A DNA stretch of 64,000 nucleotides from Nitrospinaceae bacterium (GCA_965223665.1 OZ245011.1:1984001-2048000), one strand, 5' to 3'. Shown: positions 48,062 through 58,522, counted from the stretch's first letter. Numbers and translations are program-made. The notes: a model not told the origin generated them from the sequence alone.

Positions 48062-48736
48062 TTAATTATCGATCACTATGGAATTAAAAATTTGCTGAAA
48101 CTGCTTTTCATAAAAAACACAATCCTTTTTCGGACATTCATTACTCAATAAAAAATATCCTTTCCCCTTGGGCACAACCCAAAACTTACTTTTGCTTGGA
48201 ACAACAACTTCGGGTTCTAAAAGATAATCAAAAGAAAAGCTTGAATAAGCTCCTTCAAAGCTTGAAACTTTAGCCTTCCTAGGTTTTGTTATAATCTTGA
48301 AATTTTTCATTTTATGGGAAAAAAAGAAAAGGTATTCCTTTATTAATATTTCTGCTGTATCAGTTAAATAATCTTCATTTAGGTGGAAAGCAACTTGAAA
48401 AGAAGGATTACTGCCATCATAAGGTTCCTGGAATCGATTAATAGATAACGGCTCCATCCCGGTTTGTTTCTCCAATTTAAGCATGTTTTCCTTTATCTTT
48501 TCTATTTCTTCCTGAGTTAAATTCATATCCATACCTTTAGTCTCAAACTGATCCCCCACTCCCAAAAAATTCCAGATTTGCGGCTTCGTCACCGAAATCC
48601 CCACTGTTTGGTTATAATAGCGATGTTCTCCAATAATTTTGGCATTCTGCTCCGAAAAGCCTACCAAAACATACTGACACACCAACAACCCCGCCAAAAC
48701 CAACGGTTTTTTAATCCAATCCGCCATGGAATTCAC
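48062..48736 (-). CDS. Secreted hypothetical protein B'
   Basis: Paralog of 44390-45070. Confidence 0.75.
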   Translation of the reverse strand: MNSMADWIKKPLVLAGLLVCQYVLVGFSEQNAKIIGEHRYYNQTVGISVTKPQIWNFLGVGDQFETKGMDMNLTQEEIEKIKENMLKLEKQTGMEPLSINRFQEPYDGSNPSFQVAFHLNEDYLTDTAEILIKEYLFFFSHKMKNFKIITKPRKAKVSSFEGAYSSFSFDYLLEPEVVVPSKSKFWVVPKGKGYFLLSNECPKKDCVFYEKQFQQIFNSIVIDN

Positions 48737-48837
48737 TTCCTAACTTATATTTGTGAGTTTATACTGAATAGTATTGATCCTATATCTTTAAAAGTCAAAC
48801 AAATATCTTTCTTTTAGATTTAACTAATGGAGGCCAG

Positions 48838-49155
48838 TTGCCCGATCTATTAGTCAGCAAAAACATTCAATATTTAATTTATCTTTTGTATGGCGTGAAT
48901 TTTCTTATTGTCTATTGGGCCTGGAAGGGAAAGCCGGAAAAACAAATCTTTCGTCAATTCACCTGGAAAGCCTGGCTGGTGTATATGATTCCATTCAATG
49001 ACCGATGGAAACAATTTATTAAAGCCGATGATATGTCATTGTTTGAAGAGTATTTTTTCCGATGCAATATCACCGCTTCTTGTTTTATCTGGACAAAACT
49101 ATTCATCATTGTTTTTGTATTTTGTTTTGTCCTCGATAAAATGGGATATATGTAA
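48838..49155 (+). CDS. Membrane protein C'
   Basis: Paralog of 46513-46830; ggagg RBS. Confidence 0.8.
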   Translation: MPDLLVSKNIQYLIYLLYGVNFLIVYWAWKGKPEKQIFRQFTWKAWLVYMIPFNDRWKQFIKADDMSLFEEYFFRCNITASCFIWTKLFIIVFVFCFVLDKMGYM

Positions 49156-49167
49156 AAGGAAAAAAAT

Positions 49168-49722
49168 ATGAACAAATATTCATTTTCCACATGGGTTTTT
49201 AGAATATCGATATTAGCATTAACAGGTGTAACTTTTATTCCTCCATCATTTTACGAAGTAGTTGTCACCAAACTTTGGCATTTGAGACACGATTCTTATC
49301 GGTATCTCGGTAACATCAAAGTGACGGTTCCGGAGGATATGATTATTCCCAGACCACTTGTACCCATGGAAACCTTTGACAAATTTAATATGGATAAAGT
49401 TGACTTCGAAAACCCAAGTGTTTTCCTTTCTTTTACTAGGTTTTATGAAACCAAAGATTTTGAAGACTCCTTTACATTTAAGAAATTTTTAAAAACTCAA
49501 GGTCATACCGAGGTAAAGGATTTATCCTGCAATATTTTGGGTCAGGAATGCGAATGGCTACAGTCCTATGATGGCCAAAAAACAATAGATAAATACAGAG
49601 AAACCATTTTTTTTAAGAAAGAAAAAATCTGGATCACTTATCGAGGAAATCCCGAAGAGAGAATCCACTTTTTAAATGTCATTTCCAAATTGAAATATGA
49701 CGATTCAAAAAAACCGACTTAA
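49168..49722 (+). CDS. Membrane-anchored protein D'
   Basis: Paralog of 46844-47359. Confidence 0.8.
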   Translation: MNKYSFSTWVFRISILALTGVTFIPPSFYEVVVTKLWHLRHDSYRYLGNIKVTVPEDMIIPRPLVPMETFDKFNMDKVDFENPSVFLSFTRFYETKDFEDSFTFKKFLKTQGHTEVKDLSCNILGQECEWLQSYDGQKTIDKYRETIFFKKEKIWITYRGNPEERIHFLNVISKLKYDDSKKPT

Positions 49723-49734
49723 AAGTAATTCACT

Positions 49735-50103
49735 ATGAACAATGATGAATTGATAAATTCCTGGATTCTTTATAACTCCGCCAGGAAGAACTCCATAGAT
49801 AGAGACAAACATTACTGGGCAGAGGAAAGATTGAATGACTTGGTAATGAATGAGCCGCAACAGGCCTTAACAATAATACTAGAATTAATGGAATCTGATC
49901 TCAATGAACATGCATTTTCTTGTCTTGCAGCTGGCCCATTGGAAGATTTATTAGCCGACTGGGGAGACGAAATAATTGATCAAGTGGAAGAACTCGCCAG
50001 GAAAAACCCGAAGTTCAACCAATTACTCCGCGGTGTTTGGCAAAACGCTATGAGTGATGAAGTTTGGGCACGCATTAAAAAAGTCAGTAATAACGTTTGG
50101 TAG
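49735..50103 (+). CDS. DUF6869-like hypothetical protein
   Basis: LAAGPLEDLL...LLRGVW motif. Confidence 0.7.
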   Translation: MNNDELINSWILYNSARKNSIDRDKHYWAEERLNDLVMNEPQQALTIILELMESDLNEHAFSCLAAGPLEDLLADWGDEIIDQVEELARKNPKFNQLLRGVWQNAMSDEVWARIKKVSNNVW

Positions 50104-50195
50104 TTTTTCGATTTGACAATTTATATTTAAATGGAAAGTTATTCGAGGATTTGGTTAAAGAAACATAAACAAGTGTGCATGCGTGAAGGAAATTA

Positions 50196-52406
50196 ATGAA
50201 AAAGAAATTCTTATTTTTAATTGTTTTAGTTTTAACGCTATTTGTAGTTTCCTCAGCAGAAACTAACTCTTCCGACGCTATACGAGTCAAAATGGAATAT
50301 GAGGAGAAAACCGATACGATTCACCTTAAAATTAAAAATACTAGTTTCCAATCGGTAAAAATTTATAATTTGGATTTAAAACCTAAGGACAAGAAAGGAA
50401 TTGCTCCCAGGGGATTCAAAGTAAAATTAAAAGATAAAAACAATAAAATTTTAAGTAATGATAATGGTGCCAAAGATGGACTTATTTCGAGTAGAGATCA
50501 CTGGCATGAAATATATAGAGTGCCAACTGATCCGGTTAAACTTGAGTCGGGCAAAACTATTCAGTTAGATTTTACACTGAAGCATTTAATAAGTTGGAAT
50601 TTCGGTGATTATTCAGAAATTAGATTTTTTAAATTAGTTTATTACATTTATCTCGATGGCTTTTGGGATAGAAAGTTAGAATTTAAATCAAACTGGATAA
50701 CATTTCCGGACAAACTACGGTCAGCATACTCATCCAATCAAAACAAACCTAACCCTAAAGAAAAAACTTTTTTCAAACCTTATAATTTAAAAGATTATGA
50801 AACCATAAAACAACTTTTAAAAGAAGGGGTAGACCCTAATTCACGTTCAGAAAGTGGTTCCCCAGCATTAATCTATGCGGTGGGTGTTAATAATCCAAAA
50901 ATTGTTAATCTTTTGTTGGATCACGGAGCCAACCCAAACATTGTCAATCGGGATGGATACTCTGCATTGCACTATGCTGCTTTAGAGGGCCAACTAGAAA
51001 TAATGAGCTTATTACTGGCTAAAGACGCAGATCCCAATTTAAAAAATAATAGAGGAGAAACAGCTTTATTGCTTGCTGCCAGTGCCGGTCACCTGGAAGC
51101 CATTAAACTTTTAGTCTCTAAAGGTGCAGATTTAAATGTTAGGAATAATACCGATGACAATGCCTTGCATAATGCTTCTGTTCGAAAAAATACAAAGGTC
51201 TTTAAATGGCTATTGGATCAGGGATTAAACTTAGAGGCTAAAACAAAATTAGGTATGACCCCTCTTCATTTGGCTGTGTTCAACGGAAGCGAAGAAATTA
51301 TAGATATATTATTAGAAAAGGGTGTCAAAGTTAACATTCAAAATATTAGGGGAGAAACTCCACTTCACCATGCGTCTTGGGGAATAATAAATATATTCAA
51401 TAAATTGATGGCTCACGGGGCAGATCCCAATATCCGAGACAAGAGAAATGAAAAGCCTATTTCCAATGCAATTGCTTCAGGAAATTTCCAAATCTTCACA
51501 AAGTTATTCACCAAAGAAGATTTAAAAACAAAGGATATTTACGGCAACTCATTACTCCATGTTGCAATTTCATATGGAAAGAGTATTGATATTGTACGGT
51601 TTTTGCTGGAAAGGAATGCCAATCCTAATCTAAAAAATATAATTGGATTGACCCCTCTTCATAATGCAGCTTCAACTGAGAATTTCGAAATTCTAAAGAT
51701 GTTAATGGAAAAGAATGTCGAGGTTAATTCTCAAGATAATGCTGGAGAAACTCCATTAATGAAATCGGTTCAAACAAATAAAATCAACCAAACAAAGTAT
51801 CTTCTGGAAAGAGGCGCAAATCCTAACTTAAAAAATAAAATGGGGGAAACATCCTTATATTGGGCGGCCTATTTCAATCATCTGAATTTGGTTAAATTAT
51901 TGATGGAGAACAATGCAGATCCCGCCATTACTTCAACCCGAGGATTAAATCCTGCATCCTTTGCAATTAAAGAAGGGAATTTAAAAATCTTCAAACTGTT
52001 ATTAAAAAAAGATTCTAATTTAATGGTTCAAACTTTAAATGGAGAAACACTTCTTCACTTTGCAGGAAAAGCGGGCAACCTTGAAATTTTTAAAATTTTG
52101 ATCTCCAAAGGACTGGATAGGAAAGCTATTGACAATCACGGCAACACCACCCTGCATTGGGCCGCTAAAGGAGGCAATCCTGAAATATCAAAATTTTTAC
52201 TGGATCACGGGGTTGATCCAAATACACAAAATCACGCTGGGGACACCGCACTTATTATTGCAACTCAGTATGGGCACACTGATATGGTCAAACAATTATT
52301 AACCCACGGAGCCGACCCCAACATTAAAAACAAAGACGGAGAAACCGCATACAGCTGGGTTGGAAAGAATAAACTTTTAGCAAACTTACTTGAAGAAAAT
52401 GAATAA
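50196..52406 (+). CDS. Exported ankyrin-repeat protein
   Basis: Signal peptide, ~170-aa unique domain, then many GxTPLHxA...LLxxGAxPN repeats. Confidence 0.92.
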   Translation: MKKKFLFLIVLVLTLFVVSSAETNSSDAIRVKMEYEEKTDTIHLKIKNTSFQSVKIYNLDLKPKDKKGIAPRGFKVKLKDKNNKILSNDNGAKDGLISSRDHWHEIYRVPTDPVKLESGKTIQLDFTLKHLISWNFGDYSEIRFFKLVYYIYLDGFWDRKLEFKSNWITFPDKLRSAYSSNQNKPNPKEKTFFKPYNLKDYETIKQLLKEGVDPNSRSESGSPALIYAVGVNNPKIVNLLLDHGANPNIVNRDGYSALHYAALEGQLEIMSLLLAKDADPNLKNNRGETALLLAASAGHLEAIKLLVSKGADLNVRNNTDDNALHNASVRKNTKVFKWLLDQGLNLEAKTKLGMTPLHLAVFNGSEEIIDILLEKGVKVNIQNIRGETPLHHASWGIINIFNKLMAHGADPNIRDKRNEKPISNAIASGNFQIFTKLFTKEDLKTKDIYGNSLLHVAISYGKSIDIVRFLLERNANPNLKNIIGLTPLHNAASTENFEILKMLMEKNVEVNSQDNAGETPLMKSVQTNKINQTKYLLERGANPNLKNKMGETSLYWAAYFNHLNLVKLLMENNADPAITSTRGLNPASFAIKEGNLKIFKLLLKKDSNLMVQTLNGETLLHFAGKAGNLEIFKILISKGLDRKAIDNHGNTTLHWAAKGGNPEISKFLLDHGVDPNTQNHAGDTALIIATQYGHTDMVKQLLTHGADPNIKNKDGETAYSWVGKNKLLANLLEENE

Positions 52407-52617
52407 AAACTGCTTTATTAAAATAAAAGAAAGAGCATATCTGGTTGGATATCTTTTTTGTTCTGAATGTGGGATTGAGTTGGACCTGGATGAAGAAGCT
52501 TCCGATCCAATGGAAAAATGGGCTCAACAATCGGCTGAGGTTGCCAAAGCCCAAGGATGGGGATGCTCTGAAGAAAATAAAATTGTTTGTTCCAATTGTT
52601 TAAAAAAAATACTCTGA
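52390..52617 (+). CDS. Small zinc-ribbon-like protein
   Basis: CSEC...CSNC Cys pairs. Confidence 0.6.
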   Translation: MKKMNKNCFIKIKERAYLVGYLFCSECGIELDLDEEASDPMEKWAQQSAEVAKAQGWGCSEENKIVCSNCLKKIL

Positions 52618-52631
52618 CAACGTGGTGCGCT

Positions 52632-52871
52632 ATGAGACTTCTCGACCAAGAAACTGATAACAAATTAAACCAGGTAACTATTTTTTTAACAAAATCAGAA
52701 GCTAAAGAAATGATTGATTCACTGCAGGAACTTATCTCTAATCCTGGAGAAAATCATCAACACGTATCCAGCGAAGATTTTCAAAAAGAAATTACAATTT
52801 GCATCTACGACCAAAACTCTTTGAATGGCTTTTCGGATCGTGCCAAAATGTTAATTTTAGAAGATATTTAA
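52632..52871 (+). CDS. Small hypothetical protein (possible immunity family)
   Basis: MRLLD..VTIFLT.SEA.E...HQHV...KEITICIY; ATG at 52632. Confidence 0.65.
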   Translation: MRLLDQETDNKLNQVTIFLTKSEAKEMIDSLQELISNPGENHQHVSSEDFQKEITICIYDQNSLNGFSDRAKMLILEDI

Positions 52872-52919
52872 AGATTAAAAGTTCTCTTTGGAAACAGAGA
52901 ATCATAGGATTGTTAACTT

Positions 52920-53306
52920 TTGATGAAACCTATTTATTTACATATTTTTGGCACTTCAATTTTACTAATATTGAGTTGCATAATATTGAAATTTTCTGCC
53001 AAAGTTGCTTTGAAAATTTGGACTGAAAAAGACTCACAAATTAGAAACTTTTATTTAACTACTTTTACATTTGTCCTATTGACCATTATAGGTTATTTGC
53101 TGATTTGTTTACCCTTCTCTTTTTACGATAAATTTAATATTCCCATATATTCGATCGCAAAACTTAACATCACATTTGAAGTTATTACAAGTTTCATTAT
53201 TTGTTGGCAGCTTCTCGCTTGTTTAATTTTCATTTTTGTTGGCCTTAAAAAAGAACGTAAACAAATTGTGGAAATTTCCAATCGATATAAAAACAACCCC
53301 AGTTAA
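52920..53306 (+). CDS. Hypothetical 3-TM protein
   Basis: Hydrophobic AT-rich ORF. Confidence 0.6.
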   Translation: MMKPIYLHIFGTSILLILSCIILKFSAKVALKIWTEKDSQIRNFYLTTFTFVLLTIIGYLLICLPFSFYDKFNIPIYSIAKLNITFEVITSFIICWQLLACLIFIFVGLKKERKQIVEISNRYKNNPS

Positions 53307-53847
53307 TTTTATGTTTAGATACGTTTTATTCATTTTAGTTACCATAAAAAATATTTTTATCAAATCACCCTCAATCCATTTTTCATTTCGAGGATCACAA
53401 GAAAACTTTCTTGAAGGTTTACGAGATACATTGAAAGCCAAAAATATTCATTTGTATCAATTGAATCAGCGAAGTTACCAGTTCAAGTGTTGCGGAAAAG
53501 ATTTAGGCAAAAAATTTAATTTCATTAAATTCTCCAGTAATATCAATTTATCAAAAAACAAAACGATAGAGATTAAAGTTAGTAGTCTTGCAGGACAAAA
53601 TATGAATTTCATGGCTTATGGATTCCTTGCGATAGTCCTGCTTGATTATTTTATTCACAACAAAGACGGTAAAACACTTTTAAATTTCCTTTTCATCTCT
53701 GCATTTATTACTCAGACGTATTATTTTTCAATGGTTGACCCCTTTCGCTCTAAGTTTAAGAAATTCTTTAAATCCGTTCTTGATACAAGCCGTGTAAAAC
53801 ATACCGTTCTAACCCAGAAAAAAAATGATCAAAAGAATTCAGCATGA
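53236..53847 (+). CDS. Hypothetical protein with two C-terminal TM segments (start uncertain)
   Basis: 203-aa ORF; its stop overlaps the next start. Confidence 0.55.
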   Translation: MLALKKNVNKLWKFPIDIKTTPVNFMFRYVLFILVTIKNIFIKSPSIHFSFRGSQENFLEGLRDTLKAKNIHLYQLNQRSYQFKCCGKDLGKKFNFIKFSSNINLSKNKTIEIKVSSLAGQNMNFMAYGFLAIVLLDYFIHNKDGKTLLNFLFISAFITQTYYFSMVDPFRSKFKKFFKSVLDTSRVKHTVLTQKKNDQKNSA

Positions 53848-54362
53848 AATCATTTCCCATTTTATTTTTAATATTGCTATTTGCAAAAATTGCATTCGCC
53901 ATAGAGCCACCCCGCGAAACTATTATTAAAGCCCTGTCAAAAGGGAAAACAGCCTTCATTGGGAAACCCCGAAAAATAGAGATTGTAAATGAAAAATCTC
54001 ATAACGTTACGGCAAAAATGGAATTACAGATTTTGTATTGCTTCTCGGGACTCGATTGTAAAAAGGATGAAGTCCTGTCACTTCAATTTCAATTCCAGAA
54101 CTCAAAGGAAACCAGCCTTCCGGTTGAGTTTCCATTGGGCGCAGAAATTGTATTTGTCATGAATCAACCATTTAAGGATTTGAAAGAATTTGATTCGGAT
54201 TGGCAGGATGGAATTGATAGAGCTTTTATCTGCGACACCTTTCCTCAATCTATTTTAACTTTAAAGGAGAGGTTCCCGTGTAAAAGCATTTATGGAGGCA
54301 AACCTGAATCATGGATTAAATTCGATGAATTACTTATCAAGGGAGACCACCAATCTCCTTGA
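53844..54362 (+). CDS. Secreted hypothetical protein
   Basis: Signal peptide ending AFA. Confidence 0.7.
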   Translation: MKSFPILFLILLFAKIAFAIEPPRETIIKALSKGKTAFIGKPRKIEIVNEKSHNVTAKMELQILYCFSGLDCKKDEVLSLQFQFQNSKETSLPVEFPLGAEIVFVMNQPFKDLKEFDSDWQDGIDRAFICDTFPQSILTLKERFPCKSIYGGKPESWIKFDELLIKGDHQSP

Positions 54363-54422
54363 TGATAAATTGTCACAAACTCACGTAATTAATTAGCCTA
54401 CATTTAAAATATTTTTATTAAT

Positions 54423-55145
54423 ATGCAAAAAAGTTTCCCTAATCTATTTATCGATCTAAAAATTAGCGACATTTCAAAATCCTCCTTACGATTTATAGGT
54501 CTATTCGTTTTTACTTTTGAATTTTATTTTTTTTATTGGATTTTTAAAAACTATCGTCAGTTTAAACATTACCAAACGCCTCCCATCAATCCCTACAAAG
54601 AACTAGCCCTTCTGATTTTTTTCTCCTTAATTTTGCCGGTGACTTTGGTTTTCATAAGTTTCAAACAAAATACTCTTTTTGCGCAAGGCAACATTAGTTT
54701 TCAAAGAGAAATTATTTTAAACGCTCTCTTCATGGGTGCGCCGGTTTTCTTTTTATTTCTGCAGTTATTATTTTTAGACAGAGTTTTTGAGAGGTATGGG
54801 ATTCACAATATCCACCCGTATAAGACCACGTTTATTTATGCAGTTCTGGATGTTTTTATTCTACTGATGCCCGAACCTCTATATTGGGATCCCTGGGGTC
54901 ACCGATTTTTTTTCCTGGGAATTCTTGTTTTTAGAATTTTAATGGGAACTATTCTCTATAGTGTGGAGATAAAAATTCAAAAGTTTCTGGAAGGAAGGAA
55001 AGAAGGAACCAAAGAAACCCCAAAAGGTTCGATTTTAGAAAATTCCATCCTGATATTTGGGGTTTCTTTTAATTTATGGCACATTGTGTTTGCACCCATT
55101 GAGCCTATTAATTTCAATTCCTGGTTCAATTATTTTTTCCCTTAA
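54423..55145 (+). CDS. Hypothetical polytopic membrane protein
   Basis: About six hydrophobic segments. Confidence 0.65.
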   Translation: MQKSFPNLFIDLKISDISKSSLRFIGLFVFTFEFYFFYWIFKNYRQFKHYQTPPINPYKELALLIFFSLILPVTLVFISFKQNTLFAQGNISFQREIILNALFMGAPVFFLFLQLLFLDRVFERYGIHNIHPYKTTFIYAVLDVFILLMPEPLYWDPWGHRFFFLGILVFRILMGTILYSVEIKIQKFLEGRKEGTKETPKGSILENSILIFGVSFNLWHIVFAPIEPINFNSWFNYFFP

Positions 55146-55170
55146 ACAACGGTTCCTTTTTATACTTGTT

Positions 55171-55626
55171 TTACTGTCCAACGATGTCGGGTTTCATGGG
55201 GCCGAGGATGGCAAGGAGTTCGCCTTTTTCTTTTTCGGGGACATTGTATTTATCCAGCGTTTTCACCAGGTCGTCCACCACGTAACCGAATTCCGCATCG
55301 GTAATTCCCAATCCTGCGTGGGATTCCTTCATTGAGCGGCCTTTGTATTCACAGGGTCCGCCGGATCCGGCGCACACCTGATCGGCCACCAGTGATTTTA
55401 ACTTGGCGATATCGATTTCTTTCAATCGTTGCGCCACTTTGGCGTTGGTGATTCGTTTGTCGCCTCCGACGGTATCGATAAAATCATTCACTACGGCCTG
55501 GATCGCTTTCATGCCGCCCAACCGATCGTAAAGAGACGTCTCTTTTTTCATCGCCGTTTTCGAACAGGCGCCGAACAGAGTGACGATTAATAATAAGCTG
55601 AACAATTTTAAAGAAAATTTCTTCAC
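55171..55626 (-). CDS. Group 1 truncated hemoglobin with a lipoprotein signal
   Basis: Lipobox LFGAC; SLYDRLGG; GGPCEYKGRSMKESHAGLGITDAEF; aaggag RBS. Confidence 0.9.
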   Translation of the reverse strand: MKKFSLKLFSLLLIVTLFGACSKTAMKKETSLYDRLGGMKAIQAVVNDFIDTVGGDKRITNAKVAQRLKEIDIAKLKSLVADQVCAGSGGPCEYKGRSMKESHAGLGITDAEFGYVVDDLVKTLDKYNVPEKEKGELLAILGPMKPDIVGQ

Positions 55627-55847
55627 GGCCTCGCTCCTTTGGAAGGTGTTTAAATTTTTGAGAGAACTCTCTAGATCACAACCCGGGTACCTACAAAATC
55701 CGGAGCAATTATAGCATCAATTTTTTCCCTTCGCCATCTCCTCTACCTCCTGAATTTTCCAAACTATTGTAGATTCGCCCCATAACTTCTGCTCTTGCTT
55801 TTGCCGGTGAGTTCCAGGATACTGGATCCAGTGAATCTTTTTAGATA

Positions 55848-56762
55848 ATGGATTTTTGGCAGATATCGACGATGTCCACTTGGGATAAATACTACCTAGG
55901 GCTTGCAATTATATTATTTTCCATGGCCTTATCCATTTGGGGAATTTTTCGCATTTCTGAAAACTTTTTGCTTCTTACAGCTTTATTAGCCACATTATTA
56001 GGACTGTGGCAATATCCATTTAAATGCCCCAATTGCAAAAAAACCATCAACATCAAGGAATCAAAATTTAGTGGAAAACCTTTTCGCATGAGTAAGAGTG
56101 GCTTAACGTATACGGCGTTTCCCCCAAAAAAATGCTGGAATTGTGATTATAATTTGACTCAATCTCCAAAATCCAAAAATATGCCCAAAGAAAATGACGC
56201 CATAAATAAAAAACTATCTCTTGCAGAAGAGTTTCTTGATGATGAAGATTTCCATTCTGCTTTCAAGATATATAAATCCTTATCAGACCAGGGGTTGAAC
56301 ATTTGCGATACCACACTGGGCTGGATGTATTCCCATGGTAAAGGGGTAGGAACTAATTTAGAGATAGCAAAGCAATATCTTCTCCGACCCGCAGAAGAAG
56401 GTGATAAAGAGGCACAGTTTTATCTGGGGAGAAACTTTATACAAATAAATGATTTGGACCAGGCGATCTTTTGGTTGGAAAAATCAGCCAATTCCGGGTA
56501 CTCTCCGGCCTTATTCAGATTGGGATGCCTTTACGATAAGGATAAGCATCTAAAAAAAGACGATGAAAAAGCCACAGATTATTTTGAACGCGCTGCCAGG
56601 CTGAATCATGTTGGAGGACTCATAAGATATTCCTACAAACTGATTAAGGGGAACCGCGGAATTCTTAAGATACCCAAAGGATTCATTATTTTATTAAAGG
56701 GTATATTTTTGGTATTTTATTTTAGCTCCAAAGACGAGGGAGATGAAAGGCTTCAAACTTAA
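55848..56762 (+). CDS. Sel1-repeat protein with N-terminal TM and CxxC...CxxC region
   Basis: LGWMYSHGKGV, AEEGDKEAQFYLG and SANSGYSPALFRLG repeats. Confidence 0.8.
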   Translation: MDFWQISTMSTWDKYYLGLAIILFSMALSIWGIFRISENFLLLTALLATLLGLWQYPFKCPNCKKTINIKESKFSGKPFRMSKSGLTYTAFPPKKCWNCDYNLTQSPKSKNMPKENDAINKKLSLAEEFLDDEDFHSAFKIYKSLSDQGLNICDTTLGWMYSHGKGVGTNLEIAKQYLLRPAEEGDKEAQFYLGRNFIQINDLDQAIFWLEKSANSGYSPALFRLGCLYDKDKHLKKDDEKATDYFERAARLNHVGGLIRYSYKLIKGNRGILKIPKGFIILLKGIFLVFYFSSKDEGDERLQT

Positions 56763-56839
56763 AAGATTTAAAATCCGGGGTAACCCTCCACTTAGAATTC
56801 CTTATTAAAAAACCGATCCAAAACTTTCTTTAGCTTATC

Positions 56840-57478
56840 TCACTTCACCAACTTGATATGTTCAGTGATGGTCTTCACTCCTTTGGCCTGGCGGATGGTT
56901 TTCAGCACCAGATCTTTTTCCCTTTGGCTATCGGCTTCGCCAATAATATAAATATTGTTCATGACCGATCGATAAAAATAATTGAGGGAAGCAATTCCAC
57001 TGGTGGTGACCAGTTTAGCCTTTATTTTTGTTTCGATCCAGAAATCATTGACCGCCTGCCCGGGACCGCCCTTCTCTTCTTCTTTACCACTTTCGGAATC
57101 TTTTTTCTGCTCGCGTCTTGCCTCTTTCACTTCTTTCGGTACCATTTGTACATGGTCTATGAACTCTTTAATCCGTTTATCCTGCTTAGCGAGTTGGACT
57201 ACCTCCTGATGCACTTTGGCATCGTCCAGCGTTCCGGTAATCATCACCCGTTGCTTCCACACATCGGTACTGATATCGAGCAATAAGCCTTTGTCTTTGT
57301 CGGTCAGGCGGTCTAAAATTCCCGCATGAATTTCTGCATCGGTTTTTTGGTCTGCACCCGACCGATCCTGGATCACCCGCCCTGCAGTTTCCTGAACGAT
57401 AGTGGCACAGCCGGAAAACACGGCAAGCATGAGCCCCATCATTAAAGCCAGAGTGATTCTAAAGAAAAGAGTTTTCAT
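56840..57478 (-). CDS. Dual BON-domain lipoprotein
   Basis: Lipobox FSGC; DAEIHAGILDRL and DFWIETKIKAKL...KGVKTI BON signatures. Confidence 0.85.
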   Translation of the reverse strand: MKTLFFRITLALMMGLMLAVFSGCATIVQETAGRVIQDRSGADQKTDAEIHAGILDRLTDKDKGLLLDISTDVWKQRVMITGTLDDAKVHQEVVQLAKQDKRIKEFIDHVQMVPKEVKEARREQKKDSESGKEEEKGGPGQAVNDFWIETKIKAKLVTTSGIASLNYFYRSVMNNIYIIGEADSQREKDLVLKTIRQAKGVKTITEHIKLVK

Positions 57479-57607
57479 CAGAAAGGTCCTCCCCAAGGTT
57501 TTTTTGTGAAAGGGCAACTATACCATTTTTAGGGTCACTTTTGGCCTAGAAAATCTACGAGGACCATCCAACCCTGTGAGGTTGGATGACCGATAAAAGT
57601 TAATATT

Positions 57608-58522
57608 CTAATCCCTCAAGGCAATCCTCACTTCAGCGTTTTCCACTTTAGCTTTGCTGACAGATTCCAACTCACCCAAGGGAATTTTGGCTTTCGCAAA
57701 CACACGAAGACTCAGTTCCAAATTATAATTTCCCTCGCGCAAGATCAGTCCGGCGTTGGGTCCTTGTATGGTATTTTCCATCGAGGGCGGATTGCCATTC
57801 GCCGGTGTTAAAGTTTGCAGAACTGAATCGGCGGGATGACTTTCCTCTTCGCACAGTTGGTCTAGATATACTTTTACCTGGCCCGGATTATTCGGATCAC
57901 TTTTTAACAAATAGTTCGCGTGGGCAATGGCGCCACTGATCGGTGGAGGTTCGGCCAATGGAAGTTCTTCCGGGATCACAACATTGGCCTGGACATTAAT
58001 TTCCACACAACCTTTGTGAACCATTTCAATTCCTTCCAATTTAATATCCAGTTTAAACGTAAAGGATCCGCTTTGAGTCACCCGCAGGTTGCTGACCACT
58101 TTATTAAAGGATCGACCCACGGCGTAGGGTGAACCCATGGGATCATTCGGTCGTTCTGATTCAGGAAGAGGAGTGGATATCGCTTCCGCGCTCCCAGCCA
58201 GGCGATTAAAAACGGGCCACGCGGAGGAAGCTTTCGTTCCGTTAATTTCCGCTTTTAACTGGGCGGGATCGGGCACCGGACCCGTGGGGTCCCTATGATG
58301 TCCATGCTGATTCGGATCATTCGGGGGAAAATCCGGATACCAGTCCTCCGCATTGGTTGAGTTATTAGAATTGGCATCACCAAAAACATCGATTCTGATT
58401 ATGTTATTTTCAATTTCACCTGTATTCGACCGCACTTCTCCATCCGGGCACTGGTCCTGCCCTAAAAAAACGAAGAAGGAGAAGATGAAAAAAACTATTT
58501 TAAAAAATGAGTTTTTAAACAT
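57608..58522 (-). CDS. Exported hypothetical protein
   Basis: 304-aa ORF with a hydrophobic N-terminus; ggaagga RBS before ATG 58522. Confidence 0.75.
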   Translation of the reverse strand: MFKNSFFKIVFFIFSFFVFLGQDQCPDGEVRSNTGEIENNIIRIDVFGDANSNNSTNAEDWYPDFPPNDPNQHGHHRDPTGPVPDPAQLKAEINGTKASSAWPVFNRLAGSAEAISTPLPESERPNDPMGSPYAVGRSFNKVVSNLRVTQSGSFTFKLDIKLEGIEMVHKGCVEINVQANVVIPEELPLAEPPPISGAIAHANYLLKSDPNNPGQVKVYLDQLCEEESHPADSVLQTLTPANGNPPSMENTIQGPNAGLILREGNYNLELSLRVFAKAKIPLGELESVSKAKVENAEVRIALRD

